Below are positions 61,312-64,000 of a stretch of DNA of 64,000 bases, one piece after another. A program made the translations under genes and the position numbers. The notes beneath the pieces were generated by a model that saw only the letters and a program-made list of their open reading frames with translations, had not been told where the DNA came from and did no database searches. This stretch comes from Takakia lepidozioides (lineage: Eukaryota > Plantae > Bryophyta), in assembly GCA_030704615.1 (NCBI GenBank), contig CM060734.1, positions 42,718,001 to 42,782,000 of the forward strand. The letters run 5' to 3'. Position 1 is the stretch's first letter. Every line of letters begins with the position of its first letter.

Positions 61312-61989
61312 ATGCTGTTAATATTGAGTGTCAACGGTCTCCTTTGCTACCGGCCACCTCCAACCAGCGGTGAATTGTTTAAGGAGAGATTTCGTTTCAG
61401 GAAAGTTACAGTTCATGTTCCCGAAAGACCTTTTGTGGTTCCCCGGCCCGGAGTCTTGGAGTTTCTCAACCTTGCGTTCATGCATTTTCACGTGGCGATC
61501 TGGTCATGTGCTGAAAGACATGTTCTTTGTAGGATGCTCGAGTGCTTAGTTCCTACGAAAATTACGAAGAAGTTTTGCTTCATCTGGTCAGCTGAGGATT
61601 GCAAAGACACTACCGGTTACATCATGCCTGGGATGAAATATCTCGTTAAGGATATTCGCACTGTTCTTGCCAAGTACCCTGGTACACCCTTTGCAACTCA
61701 GGGACAAATACTGCTTGTTGATGATGAGCCATCAAAGGGCCTCCGAAACCCACCAAATACTAGATTCTTCCCTATTTCATACAAGCCATCACCAAAGGGA
61801 TTGGTTGACCAGGATGATATGACAAAAGTTGTGTGGCCATATATATTGAAAATGGCTGCAGATTCAACAATCGTAGATTACATCAGCGAGAACCCTGCCA
61901 AGTGTTCTCGGAAGCCTATTGGTCGTGACCATGCCTATTGGGCTTGGTATGGAAGATATGTTGATCCTCGTGTTTGGATCCCACAATAA
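61312..61989 (+). CDS. FCP1/NIF-like HAD domain 3
   Basis: LLILSVNGLLC...RPGVLEFL...FHVAIWS...FIWSAEDC...ILLVDDEPSKGLRNP. Confidence 0.8.
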   Translation: MLLILSVNGLLCYRPPPTSGELFKERFRFRKVTVHVPERPFVVPRPGVLEFLNLAFMHFHVAIWSCAERHVLCRMLECLVPTKITKKFCFIWSAEDCKDTTGYIMPGMKYLVKDIRTVLAKYPGTPFATQGQILLVDDEPSKGLRNPPNTRFFPISYKPSPKGLVDQDDMTKVVWPYILKMAADSTIVDYISENPAKCSRKPIGRDHAYWAWYGRYVDPRVWIPQ

Positions 61990-62934
61990 AAGGAACCTGA
62001 TTACCTTGGTATGTACTTATCCCACTATTTGTTGTTTATGGATAATTTGATCTTGAAAGTGTCTTTCACTTGCACTTTTACTTTATCATTTTTTCTACAA
62101 ATGTTCCACATTTCAGCTGACATTTGTCATATGAAAAATTGTTTTGCCCCGTCACATTCAAGGAGCGAATTCGAAAAGAAGAAGAAGAGCTTCGTGATTG
62201 GCAAGAATGGCGGGCTTCCCGGCAGGCTTCAAGGGCATCAAGAGATTCACAAGTAGAGTTCCAAGTAACATTTCGGATGATAATGTTACTACTAGGTTCG
62301 AGTTCTCCGAAAGTATTTCCGTTTTATCTGGTGCGGAGACCGTTGCAAGTGGTTGTGGTAACCGAAGGCGTCTTCGAACACATGCCTTGACTGCGAGCCG
62401 TTTGGGAGGAGGCTCTGTAATATTAATGGGTTAGTGTAAGCCGTTGTATGGCTTCGAGCCGCTGGATAACATTAAGTCCAACGGATGTACAATTGACGTT
62501 ACATTATGTCTGACTGCAACGCCAAAGTTACAATCTCTAATAAAATATGAATGTTTATCATCAATGTATGCGGACACATTCTTTCATATCATCCTCTTCA
62601 TCACATGCCATGATTGTTCTATGTTTGGTTTTGTATGTCATCTGATATGGCAACCATTTTTTTGCAAAAAGTTTTATATATCCGACCTTACATCATGGTG
62701 TAATTTATTGCATCCTCCCATTTTTTTCGTGAACTTCAACTTGGCAGTGGATGTTCTTCTAAAACCACAATACATACTTATATTGTCTCCAAAAAATGTT
62801 TGGAGGATTATATTGTGTATAAAATAACCAAAATAATCATATATATTGCTTTATTTCAATAATAAATTTTGTTTATTCATATTTCTCATATTATTTCTGG
62901 ACCAAACAAAAGTCCAAAATTAGTTAAAATAGTG

Positions 62935-63969
62935 TTTCCATGGTTGAAAGAAAAGCTAGCTGCCATGACACGAGGTCAAGGACAAAGTGATAACGGCTCA
63001 TTCTTTAGCACATTTCAGCCTGTTTTGCCCTCTTATCAGAGTCGACCCTTGATTTCCATGTTGAATTCTACAAGTTAGCTTGTTGGGTTGATCTATGGCG
63101 GTCTAAATTTTTCTGGCATTACTGCCAATGTGGCGACAGGAAAGTATCCAAGAACATATAGGGATGAGGAGAAGTTGTGGAAGGAATATTTTTCCGACCC
63201 CAGTCAATGGTGGGACGATCGAGGAAAAAAGGTGAATGCCTGTTACAATCCATAGAGAAGCAGACGTCATTCAGCATAGGAACTAGTGTGTTATGAGTAG
63301 GGTTGGGGTGTTTGCTAGAACAAATCTAGGCCGTCATTGTCAGCCGTTCGAAGCAAGGCGAGGATGTATGCGTGATGTGTGTAGAGGCTGGGATAGCTGA
63401 AGGAGCAATGATAGAGTGTGGGTCCAGATTCATCCAATAGGGCACGATATCAAGCACAAGATTACGTATGATTCCCAGTGGATTAGAGCTACAAGAAACT
63501 TGGGCACCTTCTTCTTCGACCTATTTCAGCTTGTTTTGCCCTCTCACCAGACTTGGCCCTGAGATGCATATTGAATGCTGTAAGTTAGCTCGTTGCTCGT
63601 TGATAAGTACGGTCGGGGGTGTTTGCTGGAACAATTCTAGGCTGTCATTGTCAGATGCTAGCAGGAAGGCAAAGATGTATGCTTGTTTTTTGCAGTGTCA
63701 TAGAGAGCTGAAGGAGCAGGGATAGAGTGTGTGTCCAGATTCATCCAAAAGGGCCGGATTTCAAGCTCCACGTTACCTATGATTCCCTATGGAAGGATAG
63801 ATACAAGAAACCTACATGGATAGATGGTCAACTGGAAGCCGCAGCAGCAGCGGCACAATGGATAAAATCAGGCACTGCTAATGAAGGCACCTTCTTCAAC
63901 ACATTTCACCCTGTTTTCCCCTCTTATCAGAATCGGCCCTCAATTTTCATGTCGAATTCTGCAAGTTAG
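62935..63969 (+). pseudogene. Tandem exons encoding PDF motifs (OSB organellar ssDNA-binding protein-like)
   Basis: EEKLWKEYFSDPSQWWDDRGKK (exon about 63140-63231) plus IHPKGPDFKLHVTYDSLW...PTWIDGQL (about 63740-63840). A degenerate duplicate lies near 63430, and the flanking blocks repeat. Confidence 0.7.
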
Positions 63970-64000
63970 ATGTTGAGTGAATGTACTTGGGAGTGACTTT

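Larger units (their letters stand above)
51902..62010 (+). pseudogene. Large decayed multi-exon gene or gene set: CTD-like repeats, ParB-like domain, possible amino-MTase-like fold, acidic linker and three FCP1/NIF-like domains; probably TE-borne
   Basis: Exon-like ORFs with GT/AG borders at about 53112-53979, 54098-54349, 54983-56283, 56560-57102, 57366, 57775, 57839-58918, 59039-59761 and 61261-61989. Scattered CGA>TGA-type stops and frameshifts. Confidence 0.6.

Noticed and set aside
51498-62934. CACTA element bounded by CACTC at about 51498 and TAGTG at 62930-62934
   Set aside because: The ends do not form a TIR beyond 4 bp and no matching 3-bp TSD was found.

Overview
A transposon-dense, gene-poor window from a land plant nuclear genome. 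Intron-containing signal-peptide PPO genes, a MIKC*-like MADS box and PLS-type PPR debris suggest a non-seed plant, probably bryophyte-grade; this is an inference. From left to right: (1) a decayed chromovirus (Ty3/Gypsy, minus strand, 1-5410) nested in a decayed Copia element (5411-8343); (2) a LINE 3' fragment; (3) a damaged ALG8 glucosyltransferase gene; (4) a minisatellite; (5) an intronless MADS-PPR-K-box chimera; (6) a tandemly duplicated polyphenol oxidase locus whose second copy is split by a young, nearly intact chromovirus (27232-33000); (7) a SINE and PPR remnants; (8) a nested TE complex at about 39.5-63 kb. The complex holds the most interesting biology. A Ty3/Gypsy element carries a DNMT3-like C5 cytosine methyltransferase in its pol frame and a PHD finger after the integrase. 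It is inserted into a Sola/DUF7869-like transposase gene. Beside it lies a large decayed multi-exon gene with Pol II CTD-like repeats, a ParB-like domain, a possible degenerate N4/N6 methyltransferase fold and three FCP1/NIF-like domains. About 11 copies of a 24-bp palindrome are scattered through the whole region. No rRNA, true tRNA or CRISPR features were seen. All calls come from motif recognition by eye; no database searches were run.
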